From assembly GCF_009914755.1 (NCBI RefSeq), contig NC_060942.1: a stretch of 64,000 bases of DNA; one strand, written 5' to 3'. The position numbers and the translations under genes are program-made. The notes beneath the pieces are model-generated. The model did not search any database and was not told where the DNA came from. It was given only the letters and a program-made list of their open reading frames with translations. Source of the stretch: the human T2T-CHM13v2.0 reference genome, Homo sapiens. Position 1 is the first letter of the stretch. Each line of letters opens with the position of its first letter. Shown one piece after another: positions 18,651 to 46,490 of the stretch.

Positions 18651-18997
18651 GCTACTGCATTTTTAAACCTGGGTCAAGCAAGACAGCTTTGCAAACATAA
18701 CAAAATAACAACAATACAGTCCCGTAGTGTTAGATAGGGATTTTGCACGGGCACTGAGCCTTCCAGACAAACTCAAGGCTGGTGAGGCAGGTGATACCTA
18801 CAGCCTGGAGGAGCCAACTCCTCTACGCATGCTACACACACAGGGGTGCCGTTTCTGGGCTGCAGCTCCAGGCTGGGGAGAGTTCCTCGCATGGATAAAT
18901 GTTAGAGACAGTGTCTTACAAAAATGAAAAACGAAGTCAAGTTTTCTTCGCAGCTTCTATACATGTACCCAATGAAAATCAGAAAACCACAATTCTA

Positions 18998-19472
<475 letters not shown>

Positions 19473-19503
19473 TCAGAATGATAGAACGGAGAAAAAGTAG
19501 AGG

Positions 19504-19791
19504 TTTTTTTTTTTGAGACACAGTCTCACTCTGCAGCCCAGCCTGAAGTGCAGTGGCAGGATCACTGCAGACTCAACCTCCTGAGCTCAAGCAATGCTCC
19601 TACCTCAGTCCCCCAAGTAACTGGGACTATAGACACACACCACCACACCTGGCTACTTTTTTTCATTTTTTGTAGAGACAGGGTTTCACTTTGCTGCCCA
19701 GACTGTGTCTCAAGCTCCCGGTTTCAAGCAATCGTCCCACCTCAGTCTCCCAAATTGCTGAGATTACAGGTATGAGCCACGGTGCCTGGCC
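19504..19791 (-). mobile_element. AluJ
   Basis: Diverged antisense dimer; TSD aaaagtag. Confidence 0.9.
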
Positions 19792-19964
19792 AAAAGTAGG
19801 ATTTTATAGTGATATTCCACAATCCTTCATCAAGTCTCATCCAAATCAATCTGTTTCTTCAAGATTTCACAAAATCATCAAATGCTGGGGCTGCAAAGGA
19901 TTTTAAGTGTTATGTTCTAGTTGTTCACCAGAGATTCAGTTTCATCCCTACAGCGTCAAGGCTA

Positions 19965-20608
<644 letters not shown>

Positions 20609-21239
20609 GCCACTAGCTAACTCTTGATCTGTAAAGCTAATTAACTGAGTATTTATCAGAGTGGGGAAAGAAAAAGGAATTTGAAGGGAGTGACAATAAA
20701 ATTAATTTAAATATCGTAAATCCAATTCAGTAAATCCTTTCACTCAAGAGAAGTGAAGGCAGTGTTTCCAGGACACAGACAGGTATGCTTTGTGCACATG
20801 TGCTTCCCACTCCAGAAAGCAAGCCTGGCGTCCATGATCTTATGGTGTGTGGAGGGGATATCAACAAACTGGCTGCTCAGGAGCAGGGACCATTCCCAGC
20901 CTGGCATGTGTGTAAGTGAGAAAAGCAGGGGGCACCAGAGTCACAGGTTAAAAAAGTGGTTCAGCTTCCTGGAGCACTACTCTTCTGAAACAGAACGTAA
21001 ATATTTGCATGCATTTTTTCAGACAAAATACACTACTTCAAAGAACTTTCTGGCATGCCATATTCCATCTCTAGCTGGGCCTCCAGTTCCGCAGGGACTG
21101 TATACTCTGTTCTGCCAAGGAGGGCTCTGGGGGAAGAGCTGGTGGTGCCCTGGAGTAGGAGAAAGATCACTGGACCAGGAGGCAGCGCGGGGAATGGCTG
21201 AGGTCTAGGTTCCATCCCCTCTGCTCCTCTAACCCCTTC

Positions 21240-22076
<837 letters not shown>

Positions 22077-22781
22077 TGAAACTAAATCTCAGCAGATTTT
22101 TATTTCCAAACAGAATTAAAACAGGAAGTGAGAGTCAAAGTGTGCTCCACTGTGACAAAAGTCACATTAGGAAATCAAAGTGTCCTCATCTCTTAGGAAG
22201 CTCAGGTCTCCTTAGGGGCACAGTGAAATTCCCAGGCTTCCATCTGAGAGTCTATGGAAACTCACTTCAAGAGGTTCTCACTGGTGTTTGATTTTACTCC
22301 GAGGCAGGGCAAAATGTTTCATGGTTTTGAACGTGAAGAAAGTTCCTGCAGAGGCAAAGTCAGACAGGGTCAACTGCAGGGGCTGCAGAGAGCCAGGCTG
22401 GGGGCCAGCTAGAGTTAGAAGAGACTTCAGTGTTTCCTTCAATTAAAAAAAAAAAAAAAAAGCCCTTTTGTAGAGGAAGTCCTGTGTCTCCAAGCAAGTT
22501 CTAACTTCACTAAAAAAAGCTTAGCTAAGCTCCGCCAACTGATTCGGTCTTTTTCCACAGAGAGGGAGAAGAGGGATGGCTGTTTTCTCTCAACTCCAGA
22601 GGAGAGTGAGTGAGGAATGAATTGTTTGTCTTCCACATAGCAAACCAAACTGGAGTCATTTTTACCCGAATGTATCAGTGGAAACCAAACTGGCGTCACT
22701 ACAAAATTCCCAAGTCTCTTGCTGCTTCTGGGTTTATTCCTTGTTGTCAATGTTGTTTATTTTGTTCTTCCCACAAGTTGC

Positions 22782-22848
22782 AATGAATAATGTTGAATAA
22801 ATGAATGAATAATGAATAATAAGAATGAATAATAAGTGAATGAATGAA
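22782..22848 (+). repeat. (TGAA/TAA)n low-complexity tract, likely an L2 3' tail
   Basis: aatgaataatgttgaataaatgaatgaataatgaataat. Confidence 0.6.
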
Positions 22849-22957
22849 CACAAAACAGAAACTAACAAACTATCCAGGAAGCACAGAGATGTGTCATAGC
22901 CAGCAGAGAAAGGCTAAAAGACCTCAAGTTGTTTTCTGCCATTCTTACAAAGATGCT

Positions 22958-23260
22958 AATTATTATTATTATTATTTTTGAGATGGAGTCTTGACCCGTC
23001 ACTCAGGCTAGAGTGCAGTGGGGCGATCTCGGCTCACTGCAAGCTCTGCCTCCCGGGTTCACGCCATTCTCCTACCTCGGCCTCCTGAGTAGCTGGGACT
23101 ACAGGCACCCGCCACCACTCCTGGCTAATTTTTTGTATTTTTAGTAGAGACGGGGTTTCACCGTGTTAGCCAGGATGGTCTCGATCTCCTGACCTCGTGA
23201 TCCACCTACCTCGGCCTCCCAGAGTGCTAGGATTACAGGCGTGAGCCACCACAACCGGCC
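22958..23260 (-). mobile_element. AluY
   Basis: Y diagnostics; (TTA)n tail; TSD gatgctaat. Confidence 0.95.
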
Positions 23261-23390
23261 GATGCTAATATTTTATCCTGTCCCGAACTCTACTTACAGC
23301 TCAAATTTTCGTTTTGTCATTCATCATTTATCTATTCATCTGGTACTTACTGAGTTGTTATATGTGAGGCATTGCATTAAAAGTCACCCA

Positions 23391-23733
<343 letters not shown>

Positions 23734-23831
23734 TTACTGGTGTCTCCAGTGGAAAACAATGTGTTGCTTAGAGCACACTGTTCTAGATTATTTAATTTCA
23801 GCTATTTATTGTCTTTGAGCTATTTTATAAC

Positions 23832-24662
<831 letters not shown>

Positions 24663-24835
24663 TGATCATAACATCTGCCTGGTTCCTGTCTCATAATGAG
24701 GTAAATAAAATCTTTAACATGTGTTCATTGTATATCTATGTGAGAGTCATGATTTTACCTTTTCAGAAAACTTCCTTTAACAAAGGTAGCAATCTTTTCA
24801 AGTACTGTTCATGTTTCTGAGTCTTAAGAAATGAT

Positions 24836-26555
<1,720 letters not shown>

Positions 26556-26598
26556 TAAAGTTCGAACTTTAACATGTGATTCCTCTGCCAATTCTTAG

Positions 26599-26980
<382 letters not shown>

Positions 26981-27306
26981 TTCTTTCTGTTTTTAAATCT
27001 ACCTGTGGAAGATTTTCTAACTCAGTCCTTTGCAGAGTGTCAGGCACACTGCAGACATTCAATAAATATCTGTTAAATAAGTAATAGCCAAATAAAGGGA
27101 TTTTCATTTGAAGAATTGTGCATTCACTCCTCTATGATCTGCAAATTCCATATTCAGCTATGTTAGCATAAGATTATGATACATGCATTTTTGCCTCCCT
27201 ATTTAATATAGGTAAAATTTAGTTAAATGATGAGAATAGCCCTTAAAGAAGGGAGGGAGAAGAGGAATATCAAAAATTGATAGCTGGGAGGAGGTGAGAA
27301 GGCATT

Positions 27307-27319
27307 GTTGCTAGGCAAC
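27307..27319. promoter_or_regulatory. RFX X-box motif GTTGCTAGGCAAC
   Basis: Match to the RFX palindromic consensus in unique DNA; function untested. Confidence 0.45.
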
Positions 27320-27508
27320 AAATTTTATTTCTAGCAGTTGCTGACCCCAGTTCTAGAAGGTCTCCTTTCCCTCTCTCCTCTTCTTCATTCCCCTCCTCTT
27401 CTCATCTGATAGAGTCAAGAAAAAGATCACCCAGGATAGTGGGAGGTGGGAGTGGAGGGGAATTTGTTTACTGAACAAATCTCATATCTGGGGCAAAACG
27501 ATGATTCG

Positions 27509-27813
27509 GTTTTCTTTTTTTCTGTTTTTTGAGACGGAATATTGCTCTGTTGTCCAGGCTAGAGTGTAGTGGTGCGTCCTTGGCTCACTGCAACCTCTGC
27601 CTCCTGGGTTCCTGCCATTCTCCCACCTCAGCCTCCCAAGTAGCTAGGACTACAGGCATGTGCCACCACGCCCAGCTAATTTTTTTGTATTTTTAGTAGA
27701 GACGGGGTTTCACCATGCTGCCGAGGCTGGTGGTGTACTCCTGGGCTCAAGCCATCCGCCTGACTTGGCCTCCAAAGTGTTGGGATTACAGGGGTGAGCC
27801 ACTACACCCGGCC
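27509..27813 (-). mobile_element. Alu (S/J-like)
   Basis: Full antisense dimer. Confidence 0.92.
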
Positions 27814-27814
27814 G

Positions 27815-27898
27815 TGTCTCTTTAAGATTGTCTTCAGTTTGAAATCATCCTTATGCCAAAGGGGCACATTTTGGGGTGGCATATTCTGCTACCCTATA
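27815..27898 (-). mobile_element. Short ERV1 LTR end fragment (MER31/MER34-like)
   Basis: atgccaaa..ttttggggtggcatattctgctaccct. Confidence 0.45.
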
Positions 27899-27935
27899 TA
27901 ATAATGACTAAAAAAGATGCTCAGTATCTTGATGA

Positions 27936-28259
<324 letters not shown>

Positions 28260-28646
28260 GAGACTTAGCTTCTTTCATCTTTGTCCTTCCTCACCCAAGT
28301 CTCACCCTCAGCGCTCATCTGACAATCTCTCGCCTCATATATCCATCTGAGCCTCTCTCTGTGTCTGTGTCCTTTGTGTTTAAGTTTTCTGTGAAGACCT
28401 CATTGTGACAGGAATGTGCATGATAGGAGAGCAAGTGCTTCACCGAGGCTCCCTTCCTGTGCCCCAGCCTTCTCTGCAGAGGCACCTACCCCCACCCAAA
28501 CCTCAATAATCCCTTCTGAATGTGACTTGCAGTCTCTGGAAGTTGAGGGAACAAATCAAATAAATGCCCTCCTACTCTCCTTAGCATGATTCCCAAGTGG
28601 AGACGTTCAAGTGACCCTTCAGATTTCTCCACGGAAAGGATGCATG

Positions 28647-28659
28647 GTTGCTAGGAAAC
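28647..28659. promoter_or_regulatory. RFX X-box motif GTTGCTAGGAAAC
   Basis: Second X-box match 1.3 kb from the first. Confidence 0.4.
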
Positions 28660-28873
28660 CAACAATAGGTCTTAACCACACCTAGCATGAAAATACTCCC
28701 AACCTAAAGCTCTGTAATTACATTCGGGATTTTTAGCTGCTGCTCCATTATCATCTTTTAAAAATTCAATCTGACAAATATTTATGGAACTTGTACGTGC
28801 AAGGAACTTGCAAAGCACAGAACTGATCATGTCACTCTTCAGCTTAAAAGCCTTCTATGTCCTCCCTCCTGCA

Positions 28874-29936
<1,063 letters not shown>

Positions 29937-30262
29937 CTACCCTCCCAAAAATGGAAAATGAAGTCAAAACTGCCTAATCTGGCCTGCAAAGCCAGCCTCC
30001 TTTCCTGCCTGCTGTAGCCTCACCTGGCGGCTGCTCACTGCCTCCACTGTATGCTCTTGGGTCTTTCTGAAATCCCATCCTGCTCTTGCCTACACAATGC
30101 CTTGTCATCTTTCCAAGCCCAGCTTAAAAGGGATGATTTATTCCAGGCTGAATGAATTGCTCATTCCTGTTCATTAATAATTTGAGGTGTGCATGATTTA
30201 TGCAACAAAAATGTTTTATCTATGCAGTACTAAACACATCTTGTTTTCCTTCTAGCTTGCTC

Positions 30263-30404
30263 TTTTTTTTTTCAGAGATGGGGTCTCGCTATGTTGCCCA
30301 GGCTGGAGTGCAGGGACTATTCACAGGTGCAGTCAGAGCCCACTATAACCTTGAACTCTTGGCTTCAAGCAAGGCTCCCTGCCTCAGCTTCCCGAGTAGC
30401 TGGG
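30263..30404 (-). mobile_element. FAM monomer
   Basis: gactattcacaggtgc 7SL-like segment. Confidence 0.7.
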
Positions 30405-31129
30405 AGAAATCACCAGTGAGCTCGGTTGCCTTCGTTCTTTATAGGAAACAGCTGCTAACTATTCTCTGTCTGCTTCTATCATATGGGTTCCCTATTGGTA
30501 ACAAAACTAACACAGCTGATAATTCTTTTATTTCACAAATTATGGTCCTGACTTAATAAATACAGAGTTAAGAATTTTAAAATTTAAGAGGCAGCTAGTA
30601 ATTATCCCAGAGGGGTTTTTAAAAAATTATATGCGCTCTGCTACCCAATCATGATTAGCACGGCAATGGGAGATGTCCCCGTATATCCAGGCTTTGTTCA
30701 GGTTTCATTAAATTTGGATGCTTCCAGAATGCTTCTACTCAAGAGAACAAGCATTATTTGAAGCTTCATGGTATCAAAAAGTTCATTCCTAAAGAAATAA
30801 ATGGCTTTCTGTGATAACATAAACAACTTGCCAGCTATCAGCCATGAAATCTGGATTATCAAGATAGCTAACTTCTGGTTTTGTTTAGACACATGCTTAC
30901 AATTCTCTCCAAACCTTGGTGCACACACAGGCCCTGTTTCTTGCAGCCTCTGCCTTTCATCGCCGCCATTGTGACAAATGGATTTGACAGGACCATGGAT
31001 CTTTGAAATTGTTTCCCTTCACCACTCTCCTATATGTTTCCCTATATGATCATACTGGGAAAGCATTTCCCAGTATGATCTTAAATCATGGATAGTTTTA
31101 GTATCAGAGTCCTCTCAGAAAGCAGACAC

Positions 31130-31778
<649 letters not shown>

Positions 31779-32502
31779 TCAAAGGGGATTTATTATATAA
31801 GAGCTGAATGAGTGGAGAAGCCAAACAGAGAATAGCAACAGCAGGAAGTACTAAGGCTGGAAGACACAGAGTGAACGGAGCCCAGGATTCGGCATCACTG
31901 GGCAGATGCCGGAGCTGTTCACAGAGACACCACTCTTCCGGTAGCTTCCATGCTATATCAAGCCAGAGAGGACAAGGAACTTGAGAAGTGTAGTTCCCTG
32001 AGAGAGCTGATGGGAGCCCCGGAAGGCACGGAATGGGTGTGGTGGCAAACAGAGCACCAAGGGAGCAGGCTCCATGACTTTCAGCCCTGGAGGTGCGGCT
32101 CTGTGGCCCCGGGTGTTCTCCCAGGCCTCCTCTTAATCCATCTCATCCCAGTAAACCTCGCTGATGGGGACTGTGAAAGATGCCCCGCTCTTCTCCATGA
32201 GGGCTGGCCAGCTTTGGGGGAAATACGAATCTAAGTTTTCTGTTGTTTTTCTAATTAAGTTTTAAAAATAATTTTCAAGGAAGAAATTAACACCTCTACA
32301 TTAGAACCAGGTGCCATATTTAAATTTCAAGTGGTTTTTAGTTTATCTCAAATGAATAAGTCTTTCTTTTCAACATTTAATATTCAAATACCTGTTCATA
32401 AAAATGCGTCTTCACCCTATTTTTGCCATATTTATTCCCTAGGGGATTTTCTTGGTTTGAGTCTTATGTTTAGCAGACACTTCAAGTCGACAAATTGAAA
32501 TT

Positions 32503-33479
<977 letters not shown>

Positions 33480-33632
33480 TTAGTGTACTGCAGGATTCCT
33501 TTGCTAGGCTGAGCCCCAGTTGTCTGAAAGTCATTTGCCCAAAACATTTAACACTAACTCCTGAAAAATTCTGTACATGCTAAGAAGATCTGAACCACTT
33601 AGTGCAATAGGAATCTGCTAAAAAGCACCTAG

Positions 33633-33965
<333 letters not shown>

Positions 33966-34094
33966 GAAAAATTGTATTTCTATTCACAATGAGACAGGAC
34001 TATTAAAACCACATGTTTATTTTTGGAAACTCTAATCTTCAGTAACTCTCATTTACAGTTCAACCACAATATGAAAACCCTTTATTATTTTATA

Positions 34095-34770
<676 letters not shown>

Positions 34771-35097
34771 TCCAACATGAAAAGACTGTTTTTTTTTTTT
34801 TGTCTTGAAAAAGGAAGTAACATCATCCCGAAAGAAGCTGGTATTTCCTCTTCTCAACCTCTGGTTCTCTCTCTTCACTGTCTCTGGTTTCATATTAACT
34901 TCATTTGAAGGCTTCTTCTTTTGCTATATTAAAGAATAGGAGTGAGAAAAGCAGCTACCACCTAGAGAAACTCTGACCAAAGGAGTGGCAATGGACGATT
35001 AATAAAATGATTATTTTAAAGATAAGCTTTGTTCTTGTTCTTTATAAATTGCAAGTCATGGCTGAATAATCATTTTTAAGAATATGTGTATATTTTT

Positions 35098-35244
35098 AGC
35101 CAGTTTTGGTGGCACGTGCCTGTAGTCCCAGCTACTCAGGAGGCCAAGGCAGGGGTATTGCTTGAGCCCAGGAGGTCAAGGCTGCAGTGAGCCATAATGG
35201 CGCCACTGCACTCCAGCCTGGGTGGCAGAGCAAGATCCTGTCTC

Positions 35245-35258
<14 letters not shown>
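35098..35258 (+). mobile_element. AluJ right monomer/FRAM
   Basis: gaggtcaaggctgcagtgagccata. Confidence 0.85.
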
Positions 35259-35314
<56 letters not shown>

Positions 35315-35356
35315 ACATATATATTCCTTTTTAAAATATATATATATATATATATA
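35259..35356 (+). repeat. (AT)n(GT)n compound microsatellite
   Basis: Alternating purine-pyrimidine run 35259-35323 plus a second (AT)n. Confidence 0.97.
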
Positions 35357-35376
35357 TTCTTATTTTTAAGATGCTT

Positions 35377-35946
35377 TAGATGAGTCAGTGTTCTCCAGAT
35401 AGATGGATCCAATAGGATATATAGAGACATGAGAGGGGATTTATGAGGGGAATTGGCTCATGTGATTATGGAAGCTGAGAAGTCCCATGACAGGCCATCT
35501 GGAAGCTGGAGACCCGGGGATGATGGTAGTGTGGCTTTGCCCAAGTTCGAAGCCTCAGAACTGGGGAAGCCAATGGTATAACTCTCAGTCCGTGGCCAAA
35601 GCCCTGCGAACTCGGGGCTGGTGGAGGAGGATGCTGGTGTAAGTCCCGGAGTCCAAAGGCCAGGGAGCCTGGAGTCCTGCTGTCCAAGGGCAAGAGGAGA
35701 AGGCCGTCCCAGCTCCAGGAGAGAGCATGAGACTCTGCCTTCCCTCTGTCTTTCTATTCTCTGTGGTCCACCAGTCGATTGAACGTTGCCTGCCCACACT
35801 GAGAGCAGATCTTCCCTGCTCAGTTCACCAAATCACAATCCAGTCTCCTCTGGAAACACCTCACCAACACATCCAAAATGATGGTTTACCACCTCTCTAG
35901 ATAGTTCTCAATTCATTCAAGTTGACACCTAAAATTAACCATCACA
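35377..35946 (-). mobile_element. MLT2B-like ERVL solo LTR
   Basis: agtcagtgttctccaga..aattggctcatgtgattatgga..caagttgacacctaaaattaaccatcaca. Confidence 0.88.
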
Positions 35947-35967
35947 CTTAGAAATCCCTGTTATGTT

Positions 35968-36667
<700 letters not shown>

Positions 36668-36739
36668 TACCCATTGGTTTTCTTGTGACCTTTTGTATTT
36701 TTGTAGTAGGCATCAATGATTTGGAGTGGGATTGGTCCT

Positions 36740-36742
<3 letters not shown>

Positions 36743-36782
<40 letters not shown>
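36743..36782 (+). repeat. (GT)n microsatellite, ~20 units
   Basis: Uninterrupted GT run. Confidence 0.98.
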
Positions 36783-37372
<590 letters not shown>

Positions 37373-38710
37373 TACCACTGCACCTTCTAATCTGGGGTTC
37401 ATGTTACAAGTACAAAGGAAGATAAAGCAGTGAAAATTATGTCCCTTTTTAGGAGTGGAATTTGGATAGAAGACTCTTCTGCTGAGATGTTTGTAAACAA
37501 CAGGTCACCTGCTAATTGAATAGAAGGATCTAAGCATTCCTTTGGGGTGCTACCTATGAGCATTGAACATCTCCTTCTTTCCACAGGAGCCATGTGCAGC
37601 TTGAGTATCCAGGGGTCATCCAGTCTGTTTCTTCTTCACTCAAGTCTACACTCTTTTTAAACACCCATCTAGAGGTAGAGCCAGAGGGGAGTTACATTTG
37701 GGAGGAAAAAAGAGAGAAGGGCTATGATTCATGGAGAGAACTGGCTCAAAAACTGCAATCCAGGTCAAGGTCACGGCTCCCAGCGTAAACTGAAGAGCCA
37801 GGGACCCTCGGCATCAATGGCTTGGCTCTTGGCACCGCTTCGGGTCAGGCTTAGTGTTGATACGGTTCATCAATTTGTTTTCAGAGAGCTGCCCCAAAGT
37901 CAGCAGGGTCAGTCAGTTCTAACCAGCAGGCAATCGAATAGCCAGCAAAGGCACCCCAGGGAGGGGGAGGAAGGAAGAAAGTAGGACGCCCGACTTGATC
38001 ATGCTAATCCTTTAAGAACCCATCCGGCAGAGCCCAGTGTTTCAATCTTCTGCGCATATTAGCACTCAGCCATCAACCGACCCAACACATTTTCTCCTCA
38101 TTTGCAAAATAGTTCTACAGACAAAATTGAAAAGCCATCTCTTTGGTTTCCTTAAGTACTGGGATGGGAACTGTAACTCCCATCAGTTCATCAGCAGAAG
38201 GACATATCTTTTTTTCCAATCTGCAAGACAGGCAAGGAAACGGGAGGATTGGTGAAATCATGGACTCAGAGCTCCCAGCCTGGGAGACAGCTTTCCAGGG
38301 AACCCGAGGAGGGGTGGAAACAGACGTGCTATTCGGGTGGTGTTAAACTATATTTCGCTCCACCCGAGAGAGATGTGAATGCCAATTGCCTCATATAGAT
38401 CACCAAACTAGCACAGATGAAACACAGAATAGTAACAAAACTTGCATGATCCAAACAGCTGCTGAAAGTCTCCTTCTGCCAAAAACACAGAGCATCTGGT
38501 AAATCCTGAACTTGTCCTAGCATTTTTGTCAGAAGGTAAAGGAAAAAAGGAAGGTGGCTCCAACCCTGGAGTCAAGTCTGGCAACCCAGGAGGCAGGTGT
38601 GGGTGATATGGAAGGGAGGGGTCTAGACTGTTAAGCAAGTAAAGAAAGTAAGGAAGGGTTAAGTGCTTCACCTTAACCTTTGTTGATTTAAAAAAGATAT
38701 CAGAAAGTTC

Positions 38711-39460
<750 letters not shown>

Positions 39461-39470
39461 AGTAAAATGC

Positions 39471-39785
<315 letters not shown>

Positions 39786-40014
39786 CTAAGTAAAATGAAA
39801 CAAAACAAAATATTTTTTAGTGTAATACTCATTCTAAGGCAAAACAAAAATGCTAAAAGGAAGAATGACTTAAAGACATGACAAGCTTTCAAAAAAGAAA
39901 CTGTCTATTGATAAGAGCACAAGCAATCCCCTTTAGGGAGAAAGTGTGTGTGTATTTTGGGGAGCAGGGCGGGGAGGCAGCATTAAGAGCAGGTGACTCG
40001 GCTGGGTGTGGTTC

Positions 40015-40200
40015 ACCTTCCCTAGGGCCCATATGGACATTTATGGGGACATTTTTGCTTGTCGTACTCATGGGTGGCGATGTTGGTTCTCAGTGAGTGG
40101 AGGGAACCAGGGATGTTAAAAGTCCTTTAATCCAAGGACATAGAACTGCCCCCCCTCTGGCCCCGATGCCAGCAATGCCCCAGCTGAACAGTACAGATGT
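40015..40200 (+). mobile_element. MER20-like hAT-Charlie relic
   Basis: ggggacatttttgcttgtc..ccagggatgttaaa. Confidence 0.5.
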
Positions 40201-40308
40201 AAGAAAACCAAAGTGCCAAGGTAGCCGCGGGGGGAGCCCATCTGTTCACCTGATCTTAAAAGCAGATGCTCCATGCACAGGGAGGATGCACAGTAAAGGA
40301 TGAATAAT

Positions 40309-41914
<1,606 letters not shown>

Positions 41915-42079
41915 CTAGGCTATACTGGGACCACTTAACCCTGAAGATTCAACCCCCACCTCAGACTCTGGGAACAATCCTGTCTCTATTCAGGAAAACG
42001 TAACAAACCGCAGGCCAGAGGGTCCATCCTGGGTGAGCAAGCCTGACCCCTGGAAATGTGGCCTCTCTTCCTGTTGGTC

Positions 42080-42370
42080 AGGCTCTACCCTCAAGGAGCT
42101 TATAGTCTGGCTTGGAGAAGCAAGACACATGGAACAGCAGTTCCAACAACGTAAAAAGGTATCATGAGGTTAAGTCCTAAATGAGTTTTACAGATGATAC
42201 ATAGTGTAAATAAAAAAAAAAAGGGAGAACAGTTGTGGCCGAGGGTCAGTTTTGTGAAACACAGAGTGTGGCCATCACTTTATAACAGCAGCAGGTCTTG
42301 AATAAGCATGGAAAAAAGAGAATGTGCATTAGTGGAAGGTGCAGAACTGAGGGAAGTCAAATGAGCAAAG
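42080..42370 (-). mobile_element. L2 fragment
   Basis: ctaccctcaaggagcttatagtctgg. Confidence 0.5.
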
Positions 42371-42377
42371 GCCACAT

Positions 42378-43000
42378 TCTTTTTTTTTTTTTTTTTGAGA
42401 TGGAGCCTCGCACTGTCACCCAGGCTGGAGTGCAATGGCACGATCTCGGCTCACTGCAGCCTCCGCCTCCTGGTTCAACCAATTCTCTGCCTCAGCCTTC
42501 TGAGTAGCTGGGATTACAGGCGCTTGCCACCACGCCCGGCTAATTTTTGTATTTTGAGACCAGGTTTCACCATCTTGGCCAGGCTGGTCTTGAACTCCTA
42601 ACCTCATGATCCACCTGCCTTGGCCTCCCAAAGTACTGAGATTACAGGCATGAGCCACCATGCCCAGCCGTTTTTGTTTGTTTGTTTGTTTGTTTTTGAA
42701 ACAGGGTCTCACTCTGTTGCCTAGGCTGGAGTGCAATGGTGTGAACATGGCTCACTACAATCTCAACCTTCTGGACTTAAGCAATCCTCCCACCTTAGCA
42801 TCCTGGGTAGCTAGGACTACAGGCACGTGCCACCCTACCCAGCTATTAATAATTTTTTAAATTTATTTTTTGTAGAGAAAGGATCTTCCTATATTGCCCC
42901 CGGCTTAAGAGATCCTCCTGCCTCAGCTTCCCAAATTGCCATCCTCTTGCCTTGGCCTCTCAAAGTGCTGGGATTACAGGCATGAGCCACCATGCCTGGC
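42378..43000 (-). mobile_element. AluS (42378-42669) and rearranged AluJ (42672-43000)
   Basis: Antisense dimers. Confidence 0.9.
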
Positions 43001-43762
43001 TGTTTGACCGTGTCTTGATTTAGTGCTTCAACTCTAACCAAGTGCCTTAGCTGACAGGTGCCTGGACTCTGCCTTCCTGTCTTTGCTTAGCACTCTGGTA
43101 TTTCTGGGCCCTCAACTTCTGTAGTTTACCCACTTCTGACTCACTGCTGTTCAAGCACTGGGTTTCCGTGTACTCTGGCCTCAGTTCCCCGCCCAGCTCT
43201 TTTGACCAAAGGCTACCAATGTCTTGGCCTAATACAAGGAACGGTCACCAGCCACCCTTGGGCAAACAACCCAGACTTGTTCCTAAGAAGGGGAATGAGA
43301 GCGGCTATTTTATGTGGAGAAGGAACCAAATTCATAGGCTTGGGTGCTTTCAAGTAACCAAATCCAAGGGAAAAGTTTGTCTAAAATTTTCTCTTTTTCT
43401 CCCTGTACTTTGATAAATTCCTTTTTATTTATTCATTTTTTTCTTTTCTAAAAATTGTTACCAAACATAATAGAGATTCACTTAAATACATCATGAATGA
43501 TAGACTGGAATATTTTTGAATCATATTCACCAAAACATTAGAAGTGAATCAGTAGTAGTGTGGTCTCTGAAGTCAACTTTAAAAGAATTGATCCATCAGC
43601 TCCGCCAAGAGTCAATAAATCTGCAGGAGTCATGATAAGACCCATGATCAAGATAAACCTGCTGTGTAATTCATGTAAACATTGGGGTCAAAATATTCAT
43701 GGCGCCTAAAGTAAATCAGTATGTTCATTCCAAATGTGATTTTTAAAAACTACATATGATAG

Positions 43763-44412
<650 letters not shown>

Positions 44413-44550
44413 TAGATCTTTTATACCTTAATTAAGTTATTGCAATTCACAGTCCAGTAATACACGAAAAATGTTTTTATTCTACAAATTAGAAACTGTA
44501 TTTCCTAGGGCAATGCCAAAGTAGATACAAATCGGGATGATGATTGGCTA

Positions 44551-45328
<778 letters not shown>

Positions 45329-45584
45329 CTATCTGAGGCTTTTTATTGCTATGCCTGCTGGCACGCATTTCTCTTAATGAAGAGCTTTTGATAAGCTGTA
45401 AGAACCTCACAACATACAGACACTTCCTAACAACAGCGTGCTTTCCTCTGGAAAAGGAACCAGAGACACAAAGCAGTTGATGCTGTTCATGTTCTGGGGT
45501 TCACTCGCAAGCACTTGAAGGGAAACGACTGGACAGTTCCTGTGAAGACAGGGTTTTCTTGAGAGTTTCTAGGAAGATCACAGG

Positions 45585-45899
<315 letters not shown>

Positions 45900-45951
45900 C
45901 TAATTCTTGAGTTTCTAGAAAGGCTGTTCTCAGCTCTTTATTCTTTTTTAA

Positions 45952-46278
<327 letters not shown>

Positions 46279-46490
46279 TGAGGTTTCAGTCTTTTGCTGC
46301 TCCACATTTTAATAGAGTCTAAATTGCTAAAACTGACATAAATTGATAAAGGGATTTCTTCTGAACGCTAAGCTAGAAAGAATGTTGTTTTTCCCCCTGC
46401 AATTCTGGTAGGGAGATAATGAATCTAGCGCGGTTTCTCCCACCATGGTTCTTCAAGTAGTCAGTCCAAAGTTTGTTGATTGATTGTTAT

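Noticed and set aside
18727-18927. Protein-like 66-aa ORF in a CpG-containing island (possible pseudogene fragment)
   Set aside because: GTG start, no family recognised, no poly-A or TSD; a BLASTX would be needed and I have no positive evidence
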